A stretch of 60,005 bases of DNA, taken from IMG/VR virus record IMGVR_UViG_3300042301_001108, positions 1 through 60,005 of that record, one strand, 5' to 3'. This DNA comes from a virus. Its lineage: Duplodnaviria; Caudoviricetes. Shown here one piece after another: positions 15,229 through 24,111 of this stretch (position 1 is the stretch's first letter; each line of letters opens with the position of its first letter). Under the pieces are notes generated by a model. That model did no database searches, had not been told where the DNA came from, and saw nothing but the letters and a program-made list of their open reading frames with translations. A program made the translations under genes and the position numbers.

Positions 15229-15975
15229 CTACTTAATATTACCACGTTTGCCACCAAAAATCAAGTTAGTAATATGGTTTTTAATGTTTATTTTTTTCCC
15301 AGATGCATTAGTCCCATCCCGATAAAAATTTTGAAAAACTGGCTTTTTTATTGGAACTGAAATAGCGTTTATTCTTTTATCATGATAGTCTTTAAAATCT
15401 TCTAATAACTCAGGATCATCTTCTACTCTAGCTTCTATTAGTTCAAACTTTTCTACAGTGTTTCTTTCAATTGGAAAAAATATAAATAAGGGCTCACCCT
15501 TTTTAAAACTGTAGCTACCTGGCTCTGTAAGTAAAAAGTTGTATGTAAAAGTATAAGAGAGCCAGTCAGTCTCAACAATAGCATCTAATGGCTTAAGACC
15601 TTGCTTATTCTCATTTGGAACTCCACGAATGTATGTCGAAAATCCTTCTGGGGTTCTTATGATAAAGTCTAGATGTATAGTAAATGTTCCTCCACCAAAA
15701 TAGCTGTGAAGCTGATCTTTAATATAGGCTTCTTCAGATGTTATATGAAAATCAACATCTTGCTCGTCTTTTCCGCCCCACCAGTCTAACGTAAAGTCTG
15801 CTGGACATAAAACAGAATACCCATACTGATTAGCCACATTTAACGGAAGGCACTTATAGGCAAATTTTTGTCTAGACTCATTCATCCATTTTCTTTTTGC
15901 AGTTAGTGGGACTACTGGAAACATGGGTGGCCCAGGAAATAGCCTATTAAGAATAATCTTATTCTTATTCATCAT
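15229..15975 (-). CDS. DUF6065-like protein
   Basis: RxWM...AYKCLPLNVANQYG...IVETDW...KGEP; sits between tRNA genes. Confidence 0.7.
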   Translation of the reverse strand: MMNKNKIILNRLFPGPPMFPVVPLTAKRKWMNESRQKFAYKCLPLNVANQYGYSVLCPADFTLDWWGGKDEQDVDFHITSEEAYIKDQLHSYFGGGTFTIHLDFIIRTPEGFSTYIRGVPNENKQGLKPLDAIVETDWLSYTFTYNFLLTEPGSYSFKKGEPLFIFFPIERNTVEKFELIEARVEDDPELLEDFKDYHDKRINAISVPIKKPVFQNFYRDGTNASGKKINIKNHITNLIFGGKRGNIK

Positions 15976-15992
15976 TTGTCCTTTCGGTTTTG

Positions 15993-16066
15993 CGACTCTG
16001 ACCAGACTTGAACTGGCGACCCCTACCGTGACAGGGTAGTGCTCTAACCAACTGAGCTACAGAGCC
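15993..16066 (-). tRNA. tRNA-Asp(GTC)
   Basis: Cloverleaf GGCTCTG/CAGAGTC, CTACC-CTGTCAC-GGTAG. Confidence 0.95.
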
Positions 16067-16067
16067 T

Positions 16068-16141
16068 TGGAGCGTATGACAGGAATCGAACCTGCACCTC
16101 TAACTTGGAAGGATAGGGCACTACCACTATGCAACATACGC
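16068..16141 (-). tRNA. tRNA-Gly(TCC)
   Basis: GCGTATG/CATACGC-T-CCA; one U-U mismatch in the anticodon stem. Confidence 0.92.
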
Positions 16142-16192
16142 ACTGTCCATTTTTATCTCCTACCCTGAGAGTGGTATGGACCACACCATTAG

Positions 16193-16264
16193 CTGATCCA
16201 CCTGGATTCGAACCAGGAACCTTAGAGTTAACAGCTCTCTGCTCTGCCGTTGAGCTATGGATCA
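16193..16264 (-). tRNA. tRNA-Asn(GTT)
   Basis: TGATCCA/TGGATCA acceptor, anticodon loop CTGTTAA. Confidence 0.95.
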
Positions 16265-16270
16265 TTGTTA

Positions 16271-16378
16271 CTATTTATTTACCAAACGACGCTTGACCGC
16301 ATCAAAGATCTTTGGGTGTTTCTTTTCAGCCTTACCGTTTGGACGATTATCATTTCTATTACCTTTTGCTTTTGCCAT
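16271..16378 (-). CDS. 35-aa basic peptide (not in ORF track)
   Basis: MAKAKGNRNDNRPNGKAEKKHPKIFDAVKRRLVNK; AGGA upstream; fills the gap exactly. Confidence 0.5.
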   Translation of the reverse strand: MAKAKGNRNDNRPNGKAEKKHPKIFDAVKRRLVNK

Positions 16379-16392
16379 TATATTTCCTATCT

Positions 16393-17262
16393 TTACTTTA
16401 GCACATCTACATATTTTTTAGTCGTCATTGTGGAAGCTATCTTGGAATAGGTTTCAAAGTAGTTTCCATTAGAAACCCTGCTCCAATAAGCAGCAAATGA
16501 GGCAGTAGAAGCAGAGGTAGATTCAGCTACTTTTCCACCAACAGTTGTGAAGTTTCCATAAGTATAGAAGTCTGTAGCTGGACCAGAGTTTGTCCCAAAG
16601 GTTTCTCTGTAAGTAGAGAAGTCTAGGGGCCTGTAGTTCTGGGAGTAAATACCACTAACCGCAACTGCTTCTGAGATGCAAGCTGGATAGTTAACATTTG
16701 TTTTATTCCTGGCATTGCCAGCTGCAATTACTGTTGCAACTCCAAGGTTCTGAAGAGTAACTATCTGGTTTTGAGTGGTTACGTCTACAGGACAGGTTGC
16801 TGAGGTTTTAGTCCAAGTGCTTTGTCCACGTGAGAAGGAAACAGCTGTGATGTTGTATCTTTCTTTGTTTTGGATTACCCAGTCCATAGAAAGGTTAAAC
16901 TCTTTGATACCCCCAACATTTACTCCACCACGGCTGGTTACAAAAGCATTCCTAATAAAAATTAAATTAGCATTTGGGTTTATCTGGCGAACAATGTCAG
17001 CCATGATCGTTCCATGGTTCCACTCTGCTTGGCCAGCCCTAGACATGACTGCATTAGCGTTTGACGAACCAATTGATTCATCAAAGGTTGTGCCATTGGG
17101 GCAAAACTTAAGTGTAAGAACACATACCTCAGCAATGGGTGTCACTTTAGAGGTGTCGAAGCCACTGTCGATGATTACCACTGTTGGTTTTTCTGATGCA
17201 TGTGCTGGAGCTGTTCCTATCATTGCAAGTGCAATGGTCGCAAAGATTGCTATCTTTTTCAT
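16393..17262 (-). CDS. secreted subtilisin-like (S8) serine protease
   Basis: Signal peptide (AHA); IIDSG, NHGT, AAGN, STSAS catalytic motifs. Confidence 0.88.
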   Translation of the reverse strand: MKKIAIFATIALAMIGTAPAHASEKPTVVIIDSGFDTSKVTPIAEVCVLTLKFCPNGTTFDESIGSSNANAVMSRAGQAEWNHGTIMADIVRQINPNANLIFIRNAFVTSRGGVNVGGIKEFNLSMDWVIQNKERYNITAVSFSRGQSTWTKTSATCPVDVTTQNQIVTLQNLGVATVIAAGNARNKTNVNYPACISEAVAVSGIYSQNYRPLDFSTYRETFGTNSGPATDFYTYGNFTTVGGKVAESTSASTASFAAYWSRVSNGNYFETYSKIASTMTTKKYVDVLK

Positions 17263-17283
17263 ATGTTTAATTACCTTTTGTTT

Positions 17284-17529
17284 TTATAGTTTGAAACCAG
17301 AATTGGTTGCTCTCCATACAGATGGAGAATGATTTTCTTCTACCGCTTTTTTTATTTCCAAGTCTTCGTATAGTCTTAGAATGTGTATGCAAGGATCTTC
17401 ACCCTCGCCAAATTGCTCATCTTCTTTTTCAGTTAATGGTAAACCGTCGTGTGGATAACAAATTGCTGGACCACAGTAACCAAGTGAAAGGCCTTCTTGT
17501 AGCCATTCGTCAAATGTTTTTTTATTCAT
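17284..17529 (-). CDS. hypothetical protein
   Basis: CGPAICYPHDGLP...DPCIH; leaderless after TTGACA-17-TATAAT (17564-17536). Confidence 0.75.
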   Translation of the reverse strand: MNKKTFDEWLQEGLSLGYCGPAICYPHDGLPLTEKEDEQFGEGEDPCIHILRLYEDLEIKKAVEENHSPSVWRATNSGFKL

Positions 17530-17567
17530 GACTAAATTATACCTCTAAAAAGTATTATTGTCAAGAA

Positions 17568-17939
17568 CTATTCTTCACTTAATAGGTAGTCAAGAACTTC
17601 TGGATTTTCACGAATAATTAAAAGCAGTCCTTCTTCATACATGGCAATAAAAAAATGTTCCCATGTATCTGAGTCATCATCGTTCTTAGGCGTAATTGGA
17701 CTACCAAGTGTATGCCTAACTGCATGCATTAGCTCGTGCAAAAGAGTTTGTCTTTTTCTGCTTGGTGTTGCTAAAGAGTCTATAATAATTAAAGAATCCC
17801 TGTTTAAGGTATAGCCATAAGCGTCATCGCTTAATGCTGAATCTCTATTACGATCACGTTCCTCAATAGCCCAAAGCTGAGTTCCAATCTGAACCTCAGT
17901 AGGCATTTTTGGATATTTTACTGGTTTGGCAGACGCCAT
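17568..17939 (-). CDS. HExxH zincin-like metallopeptidase
   Basis: YGxT...TLLHELMHA...EE. Confidence 0.75.
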   Translation of the reverse strand: MASAKPVKYPKMPTEVQIGTQLWAIEERDRNRDSALSDDAYGYTLNRDSLIIIDSLATPSRKRQTLLHELMHAVRHTLGSPITPKNDDDSDTWEHFFIAMYEEGLLLIIRENPEVLDYLLSEE

Positions 17940-17944
17940 AATAA

Positions 17945-17997
17945 AACCCCTCCTAAATATATGTAATCAGTATACACTATCTAGGAGGGGTTGTCAA
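17945..17997 (-). promoter_or_regulatory. promoter overlapping an RBS-sequestering/terminator hairpin
   Basis: TTGACA-17-TATACT; spacer AACCCCTCCTA is complementary to downstream TAGGAGGGGTT, which contains the SD. Confidence 0.75.
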
Positions 17998-18002
17998 GTG
18001 TG

Positions 18003-18269
18003 CTATTTTTGGTTCTTGTCTACCTTGTTAAAAGCCTGGTTGATCTCGTCCACGGTTAGCTTGCCGTCGTCCAAGAATGATCTGGCTAGTCTCTCAATTA
18101 CTGAGGCTACTCCAAGAATACCAGCCATAAGTACTGCAGAAATTAGATCAACGCCAACTACTGCTCCTGCACCCAAGACAGTTAGTCCTGATGCTGCAAA
18201 TACTGCTAGAATTCTCCAAATTACGTTCTTGATGGTGGTAAAACCACCTGCTACTCCCTGTTCTTCCAT
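18003..18269 (-). CDS. holin-like two-TM protein
   Basis: Two hydrophobic helices, then DDGKLTVDEINQAF. Confidence 0.6.
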   Translation of the reverse strand: MEEQGVAGGFTTIKNVIWRILAVFAASGLTVLGAGAVVGVDLISAVLMAGILGVASVIERLARSFLDDGKLTVDEINQAFNKVDKNQK

Positions 18270-18282
18270 TTGGTTTTCCTAT

Positions 18283-18471
18283 CTACTTAGCTTCTTCTTT
18301 TTCATAACGAAAAATCGGAAATGTTACTATCCATACTAATAGGGTAATTAGTATGAGGTTTCCTGTTAGCTCTTTAGCAGAACCCTCCAGGACAAGCCAA
18401 GCAACGACCATACCAAGCAATGTCCATGCCTGCTCTATGACGTCCTTGACTAATGCTGTTAAAAATTTCAT
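18283..18471 (-). CDS. small two-TM membrane protein
   Basis: MKFLTALVKD...WTLLGMVVAWLVLEG. Confidence 0.65.
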   Translation of the reverse strand: MKFLTALVKDVIEQAWTLLGMVVAWLVLEGSAKELTGNLILITLLVWIVTFPIFRYEKEEAK

Positions 18472-18472
18472 C

Positions 18473-19840
18473 CTATGCTCCATTTCTTATGTTTACTGTT
18501 GTTGCTATACCGCTTATAGAAATTGCTGATAGTGCTGCTTGCACTGCAACAATTGCTGTAACGACTACTTTTTCTGAGTCTTCTCTAACTTCTGGACTCA
18601 TATCTGCCCCCGCATTTCCAAGGAAGTTAACAAGCTCTGTAGCTCCCCCAAGAACATCACCAAGAAGTGGAATGGCTGCTAGGGCCTCATCAAGAATGAT
18701 GTCATCTGCTTCGGCTGCTAGGAACAGGGCTTCAAGGGCCTGGTTATACTCTTCAGATCCTGGCTCTGCTGTTTCAAATATTTCCAAGGCTGCTTCAATA
18801 AGTGCTTCTACTTGGGCCTCTGAAAGATCTGTAGCCACAATTTGATCAAGTTCTACCTGCATTAATTCTTCTGCAGATATGTCCTCTTGTAATTCTTCTG
18901 CAGATGTGATAGACTCTTCTTCTGGTTCTATAATAGGAGAGGTTGGTTCAGGTGAAGGTTCTATTGGTTCTTCAGGTTCTTCAGTTGGCAGGGTTACTGG
19001 TTCTGGTTCCTCTGGCTGTATTGCTGGCGGGACTATTGGCTCAGGATCCTGGGAGGGTTCTGGTGTTGGGTCTACTGGGTTGGTTGGTGGCACGACAGGT
19101 TCAACTGGTACGACAGGGGTTGGAGTAGGCTCTGGGGTTGGCTCAGGGCTAGGTTCTGGACTAGGTTCTGGGGTAGGTTCTGGGGTAGGCTCAGGACTTG
19201 GCTCTGGTGTAGGTTCTACCGTTGGTTCTGGAGTAGGATTAGGAGCAGGTGGCTCAGTAATTGTTTGGATTTCTAAAGGAAATACCTGACCACCTTGAGT
19301 ATAACGAACACCATATCTAGCTCCTCCTGGTGCATTAGAGCTTACTTGATAGGTTGGAGTCCAAGTATAATTTACTGGATCTACCTGTGCTAACATTCTA
19401 ATATAGACTGGGTCTCCAGAAGACTGACCCCAAACCATTACTTTCCAGTCAACACAAATAGAAGTTGCTGTTGATCCATACCTAACGTATAAATCTTTTC
19501 CAATGCCCCATCCTGGATCCCACTGAGAACTTCCGTTATTTGAAAAAGCGTGGTAGTCCCATGAACCAATTGATATAGACGGTGTTGCTGGGTAGTCCCA
19601 GAAAGTATAATCACCCTGACCAAAAGTTATAGTTCCTTTTGGACTTATATAAACGTTACCATTATATACAGTGCCACCAAATTCTAGTGGGGTATTTAGG
19701 TTCATTAAGAATGCTTGATCGCCACCATTAACTTGATGGGTATCACAGACTGCGGTTGTAGATGCTTTAGCACCAAGTGGCCAAAGTAAAGATACAAAAA
19801 GTATGGATAAAACTATTGCTGAATATAAAAATTTTTTAAT
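18473..19840 (-). CDS. exported Pro/Thr/Glu-repeat protein, probable ATT start (455 aa)
   Basis: Frame stays open 45 codons upstream of ATG 19705 and encodes a signal peptide; beta-rich domain, PTPE/PSPE repeats, acidic helical region, hydrophobic C-terminus. Confidence 0.75.
   Translation of the reverse strand: MKKFLYSAIVLSILFVSLLWPLGAKASTTAVCDTHQVNGGDQAFLMNLNTPLEFGGTVYNGNVYISPKGTITFGQGDYTFWDYPATPSISIGSWDYHAFSNNGSSQWDPGWGIGKDLYVRYGSTATSICVDWKVMVWGQSSGDPVYIRMLAQVDPVNYTWTPTYQVSSNAPGGARYGVRYTQGGQVFPLEIQTITEPPAPNPTPEPTVEPTPEPSPEPTPEPTPEPSPEPSPEPTPEPTPTPVVPVEPVVPPTNPVDPTPEPSQDPEPIVPPAIQPEEPEPVTLPTEEPEEPIEPSPEPTSPIIEPEEESITSAEELQEDISAEELMQVELDQIVATDLSEAQVEALIEAALEIFETAEPGSEEYNQALEALFLAAEADDIILDEALAAIPLLGDVLGGATELVNFLGNAGADMSPEVREDSEKVVVTAIVAVQAALSAISISGIATTVNIRNGA
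18935..19250 (-). repeat. coding tandem repeats (PTPE/PSPE)n
   Basis: Degenerate 12-nt units such as GAACCTACCCCA. Confidence 0.85.
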
Positions 19841-19893
19841 TCTGGGGTCTCCTCGTTAGTGGGGTTATCTAACAAGACTATTATACCAGTTAT

Positions 19894-20145
19894 TTAATTA
19901 AAAAGACTCAACAACTTTTCTTCTGTTGCAATGCCAGTGTGTCTTGCAACTTCTTTACCATCAACTATTGCGATAAAAGTTGGAACACCTTTAACGCCAT
20001 ACTCAACTGCTGGATCAAACTCGTCACTCACATCAATCTTGTCATAATTAATATCTAATTTTTCTGAAACAAGTTTTGCAATTAATGGTTCCATCTGCTT
20101 ACATGGTTGACACCATGTTGCTGTAAAATGTAGTAACTGTTTCAT
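19894..20145 (-). CDS. thioredoxin
   Basis: FTATWCQPCK...GVPT. Confidence 0.93.
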   Translation of the reverse strand: MKQLLHFTATWCQPCKQMEPLIAKLVSEKLDINYDKIDVSDEFDPAVEYGVKGVPTFIAIVDGKEVARHTGIATEEKLLSLFN

Positions 20146-22190
20146 TACTTAGCTCTCTTATCTGGAATCTTAATTTCACAGTAGTCTGTTGTGCAGTATG
20201 CTTCTCCAGTTGCTTCTAGATTTTCTACTCCATCATAAATGGCAGAGAAGTCAATCTTTGCAATACGTCCAATGTAGTAGTCATACTCGTCTTCTGTAAT
20301 CTCTGTGTAAGGCTGCTGTGGATATACCTTGTTACCCATTGGCAAGAATGATACAGCTTTTAGCTTACCCTCGTACATATTAAGAACAGATGCTACGTGC
20401 TGCTTTTCTGTTTCCTTATCAAAAGACAGTGTTACAGACACACCATTGTCTGACCAATACTCTTGAGCTGTTGCAGCAAGAGACATTTTTTCAAACAACG
20501 ATACTTGCTTTTCGCTACGCTTCTGTCCAGACTTAATTGGGAAATATACAACTGTGGTGTTTGCTGACACTAGGTCATCTTCACACTTGTATCCAGCTGC
20601 CTTAAATAAGTGTAGCATTGGGTCTGTGTTTCCAAAACGGATAGCACGTAGGTAGAAAGCTCCACCTGGTCCCCAGTGAACTCCAGGTGTTGCACCCGAT
20701 AGTAGTGATACTGATCCAGATGGCTTTACGGTGGTCACACGAATTGATTCACGAACACATAGCCATTCAGAATACTGCTTGTCATAGAAACGAATCTTAC
20801 CATATCCTTCGTCCATCCATTCACGAACAGTTGGTAGACCCTTTTCATCTGCAAAAGATGCAATACCTGTTAGAGATGTTCCAATACGACGATTACGCTG
20901 CATGATTCCATTAGTCTGCTGCCAATGTGTTGGCAACAAAGTAACAGTCTTACCGTATAGATAAGCAAACTTTAAAGTCCGTAAGAAATCTTCCTTGGAC
21001 TCGTGACGGTTTAGGTGTACTTCAACTAGGGTACAAAGCTCATAAGACTCTAGTGGCTGTTCTGCACACGGATTAAAACCTACTACACGGTAGTCTGCAC
21101 CGTCTGGCTGATCTGCCAATCGTCCGTAGTTACGAGCAACATCTAGCCAAATAAATCCTGGCTCTCCATTATCTGCAATACGATCCACATACTTTGAGTA
21201 ATCCATTCCAACAGTAGCAGAAATAGAGTTATTACTCATCCATGCCCATCCTGGAGCATCTGGGTCATAGCTGTTACGCTCTGGGAATGCTTCTGCATTC
21301 TTTAGGTTTAGGAAGTCCTCATCGCCCTCTACACCCAAAGCAAGGGTAGCAGAGCGACGAACGTTTCCAGATACAACACAAGTTCCAATTAGATTAATAA
21401 TGTCTACAATAGCTCTTGAGTCTAAAGTTTCTCCAGCTCTACCGCCAATAACTTTGCTAATCTGTTCGTGCAAAGTAATTAGTGGACCAGGACCAGAAGC
21501 AGTTCCTCCAAAGCCCTTGATTGGTGCACCCAATGGTCTAATCAAAGAGTAGTCAAGCTCTTGTCTGTTTTGGTTTGGTCTCAAGAATGAATTAAGAAGT
21601 AGTCTTGTAGCCTCTACCCAGCCTTCACGAGTATCTGGGATTTCATAAACTACCTTTGGTTCAATTGGTTCGTGGATTGGTAGAGCCTTATCTTGTCCAA
21701 GGGTATCAAAGCCAACACCAATACCAAGCATAAGAGCATCCATTACCCAAGCAAACAAAGCTCCTGGATCATTCTTATCTAAATCTTTTGTAGATACAAC
21801 AGCACAGTTCTGTAGTGCTGCAGAGTTACGCTTCTCCATTGTTAGTGGCGTTCCAAATGTCCACATTCCACGTCCTGGTGGTGTCCACTTTAGGTTAAAC
21901 ATGCGGTCAAAAGCCTCTTGTGCAGACTTCTGTGCCTTATAGTCATTCCACGGTAAACGGTTGTCCTTAGCATGATTCTTCTGGACAGAGTACATACCCT
22001 CAATAACTCTCTTACAAACTTCATACCAGCGTTCTTTGGTTCCATCTTCTTTGATACGAGAATAGGTTCTGGCAAAAGTAATTTCTCCAATGGAGTTTTC
22101 TCCTGCGTCTCTGAAACCAAATGGTGCCTCTACAGTAGTGTATTTTTCAACGAAATCTACTGGAAGTCTAAATGAGAAAAAATCTGACAT
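20145..22190 (-). CDS. nrdJ: class II (adenosylcobalamin-dependent) ribonucleotide reductase
   Basis: PPGRG, LQNC, GNVRRSA, NPCAEQ, TVKPSG, C-terminal CxxxxC; no beta subunit nearby. Confidence 0.93.
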   Translation of the reverse strand: MSDFFSFRLPVDFVEKYTTVEAPFGFRDAGENSIGEITFARTYSRIKEDGTKERWYEVCKRVIEGMYSVQKNHAKDNRLPWNDYKAQKSAQEAFDRMFNLKWTPPGRGMWTFGTPLTMEKRNSAALQNCAVVSTKDLDKNDPGALFAWVMDALMLGIGVGFDTLGQDKALPIHEPIEPKVVYEIPDTREGWVEATRLLLNSFLRPNQNRQELDYSLIRPLGAPIKGFGGTASGPGPLITLHEQISKVIGGRAGETLDSRAIVDIINLIGTCVVSGNVRRSATLALGVEGDEDFLNLKNAEAFPERNSYDPDAPGWAWMSNNSISATVGMDYSKYVDRIADNGEPGFIWLDVARNYGRLADQPDGADYRVVGFNPCAEQPLESYELCTLVEVHLNRHESKEDFLRTLKFAYLYGKTVTLLPTHWQQTNGIMQRNRRIGTSLTGIASFADEKGLPTVREWMDEGYGKIRFYDKQYSEWLCVRESIRVTTVKPSGSVSLLSGATPGVHWGPGGAFYLRAIRFGNTDPMLHLFKAAGYKCEDDLVSANTTVVYFPIKSGQKRSEKQVSLFEKMSLAATAQEYWSDNGVSVTLSFDKETEKQHVASVLNMYEGKLKAVSFLPMGNKVYPQQPYTEITEDEYDYYIGRIAKIDFSAIYDGVENLEATGEAYCTTDYCEIKIPDKRAK

Positions 22191-22225
22191 AAGCATATAG
22201 CCTTTCTTGATTGAGTTAGATGTAT

Positions 22226-22260
22226 ATTATAGCATAGTGTTTTTAAAAAAGCAAAACACT
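22226..22260 (-). promoter_or_regulatory. nrdJ promoter overlapped by an inverted repeat
   Basis: TTGCTT-17-TATAAT (TGC-TATAAT); AGTGTTTT-N9-AAAACACT. Confidence 0.6.
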
Positions 22261-22317
22261 ACTTAAAGCTTTGGTTTAGAGTTTTACAAAAAGTAAATCT
22301 ATTTATGTAAATTTTGT

Positions 22318-24111
22318 TTAGATTAAGTTGAACTGATCTAAAAAGTTACGCACATCATTTGGCATTTCTTCTTTTCTATTTGACTCTAACAAATCTTGAC
22401 GTTCTTTGTTTATCATTTTTGTAGCATCAGACCAAGTGTGAACTTCTACCTCTAAATTTAAATCTCTTGGTGTGTGAGAAATAGCTCCAAAAATTGCACC
22501 ACAAACAGCATCAGCTAAGTCCTTAGAACTTTTTCTTGGGTGGTCAACTCTATTACCCTTCATAATTTTAAGCTCTGTAAGTTCTTCAAATAACAAATCA
22601 ATCATTGGCATTGCTACACGATCTTCATAAATAAGCATAGCCATATCTTCATAATGTTTCTTTGCTACTGATACTGTTTCAGTTCTAATGCCCACAGACT
22701 TTAGCTCATTCTGTATATCAAAAGATTGCCAACGGTCAAAGCTAACCATTCCAAGATCAAAGCCTTGTCTTCTGAGGTTTTGAATCCACTGTTTAACTTC
22801 TGAAAGGTTTACTGGACCTTCCTTCTTTGGCTCCCACCATGCTACAGCATCTACAATTACTACTGGTACTACCTGTTCATAGTCTTTCATTACTTGAACA
22901 GATACCCACTTTTCTACGTGAGCAATTGCTACTGCACACTTGTCATGCTTTTGTGCAAGGTCAGCATGGACATAATATTTTTTGTTTGGATCTGGCTTAA
23001 AGGTTTCATCAAATCTTTTAAACTGATCTATTGGATTACGAATAGTCATTGCACCCTGGACTTTCTCACGCTGCTTAAAGAATGCATCAGAAGAGAAGCT
23101 TGGGACACAAGCAAATCTTTGCATAGCATCTCCAAGATCAGTATAAAAAGCTAGCTTAAAGTCTTCAACACTTCGTGTGGGATTTACAACCCAGGTAGGA
23201 CGCTTTAGTGCAAACATTCCAGGAAACTTATAGTTGAGAATACTATCTTCTTCCCAGCTAATCTCAAAAGAGTTTCCCTCAGCTTCTTCTGGTAAATCAG
23301 GGTTCATGATAAACTTATGAGTTTTTGTTACAACATCTTTATCAGCAATTACTGCATCATATCTTTGTGATATAAAGTCTCCAGGAAATCGTGGGAAAGA
23401 TAGGAGTGCTACCTTGCCAAGATCTGGGAAACGTGAGTCTACAGAAGCACGGAATGCCTTGTAGATGTTATCTGCTGTTTTACCTTGATCATTACCAGTT
23501 CCAATCTCTTGTGCAAATCCAGAAATCTCATCAAGCACTGCAAGGATAAGGTTAAGACCCTCATGCGATTCTCGTTCAGAATGTCCTGAGTATACTGTTA
23601 TTGAATGATTGAACTCAATACTGTCTGCCTTTGCATAAAACTTTCCAGCAAACCATGGAGATCTTTCTATCTTGCTTTTGAATCCTTTGAAAAAAACGTT
23701 CTTAGCTTGCTGAGCGTTAATCGCCACGTTAATGATATCAATCGCATCGCCACTTGGCTTTCCAAAGTATCTCGCTGGGTCCTTGAGACAAAGGAGTTTA
23801 TATACGATGTAAGAACAGGCAACAGTAGAGGTAAAGTCTTTACCAGATCCTTTACCAAGCTGAAGAATAATTTCATTCTTTGTATATTTCTTGTAATATT
23901 TTTCACCCTCTACTGCTCCCATCAAGTCAATCAGATCTTCTTTTTTGTATATCTGACTCATTGCTTCAACTATATCATATTGAACTTGAGACAATGGTGG
24001 CTGTCCAAGATAGGCTTCCCCCTCAACAAATGTTTTTGCATCTACTGGTAGCTCAGCAAAATTTTCGTTTTTTAGTGCTTCAAAGAAATCATTAAACATT
24101 GTTGTGGACAA
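22318..24111 (-). CDS. terL: terminase large subunit
   Basis: GKGSGKD Walker A, LAVLDE Walker B, YVHADLA and KDLADAV nuclease motifs. Confidence 0.9.
   Translation of the reverse strand: MSTTMFNDFFEALKNENFAELPVDAKTFVEGEAYLGQPPLSQVQYDIVEAMSQIYKKEDLIDLMGAVEGEKYYKKYTKNEIILQLGKGSGKDFTSTVACSYIVYKLLCLKDPARYFGKPSGDAIDIINVAINAQQAKNVFFKGFKSKIERSPWFAGKFYAKADSIEFNHSITVYSGHSERESHEGLNLILAVLDEISGFAQEIGTGNDQGKTADNIYKAFRASVDSRFPDLGKVALLSFPRFPGDFISQRYDAVIADKDVVTKTHKFIMNPDLPEEAEGNSFEISWEEDSILNYKFPGMFALKRPTWVVNPTRSVEDFKLAFYTDLGDAMQRFACVPSFSSDAFFKQREKVQGAMTIRNPIDQFKRFDETFKPDPNKKYYVHADLAQKHDKCAVAIAHVEKWVSVQVMKDYEQVVPVVIVDAVAWWEPKKEGPVNLSEVKQWIQNLRRQGFDLGMVSFDRWQSFDIQNELKSVGIRTETVSVAKKHYEDMAMLIYEDRVAMPMIDLLFEELTELKIMKGNRVDHPRKSSKDLADAVCGAIFGAISHTPRDLNLEVEVHTWSDATKMINKERQDLLESNRKEEMPNDVRNFLDQFNLI

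Noticed and set aside
16044-16265. 73-aa ORF in the track
   Set aside because: It overlaps three well-formed tRNA genes on the same strand
18935-19250. Short repeats as a CRISPR or non-coding array
   Set aside because: They are degenerate at third codon positions and encode PTPE/PSPE
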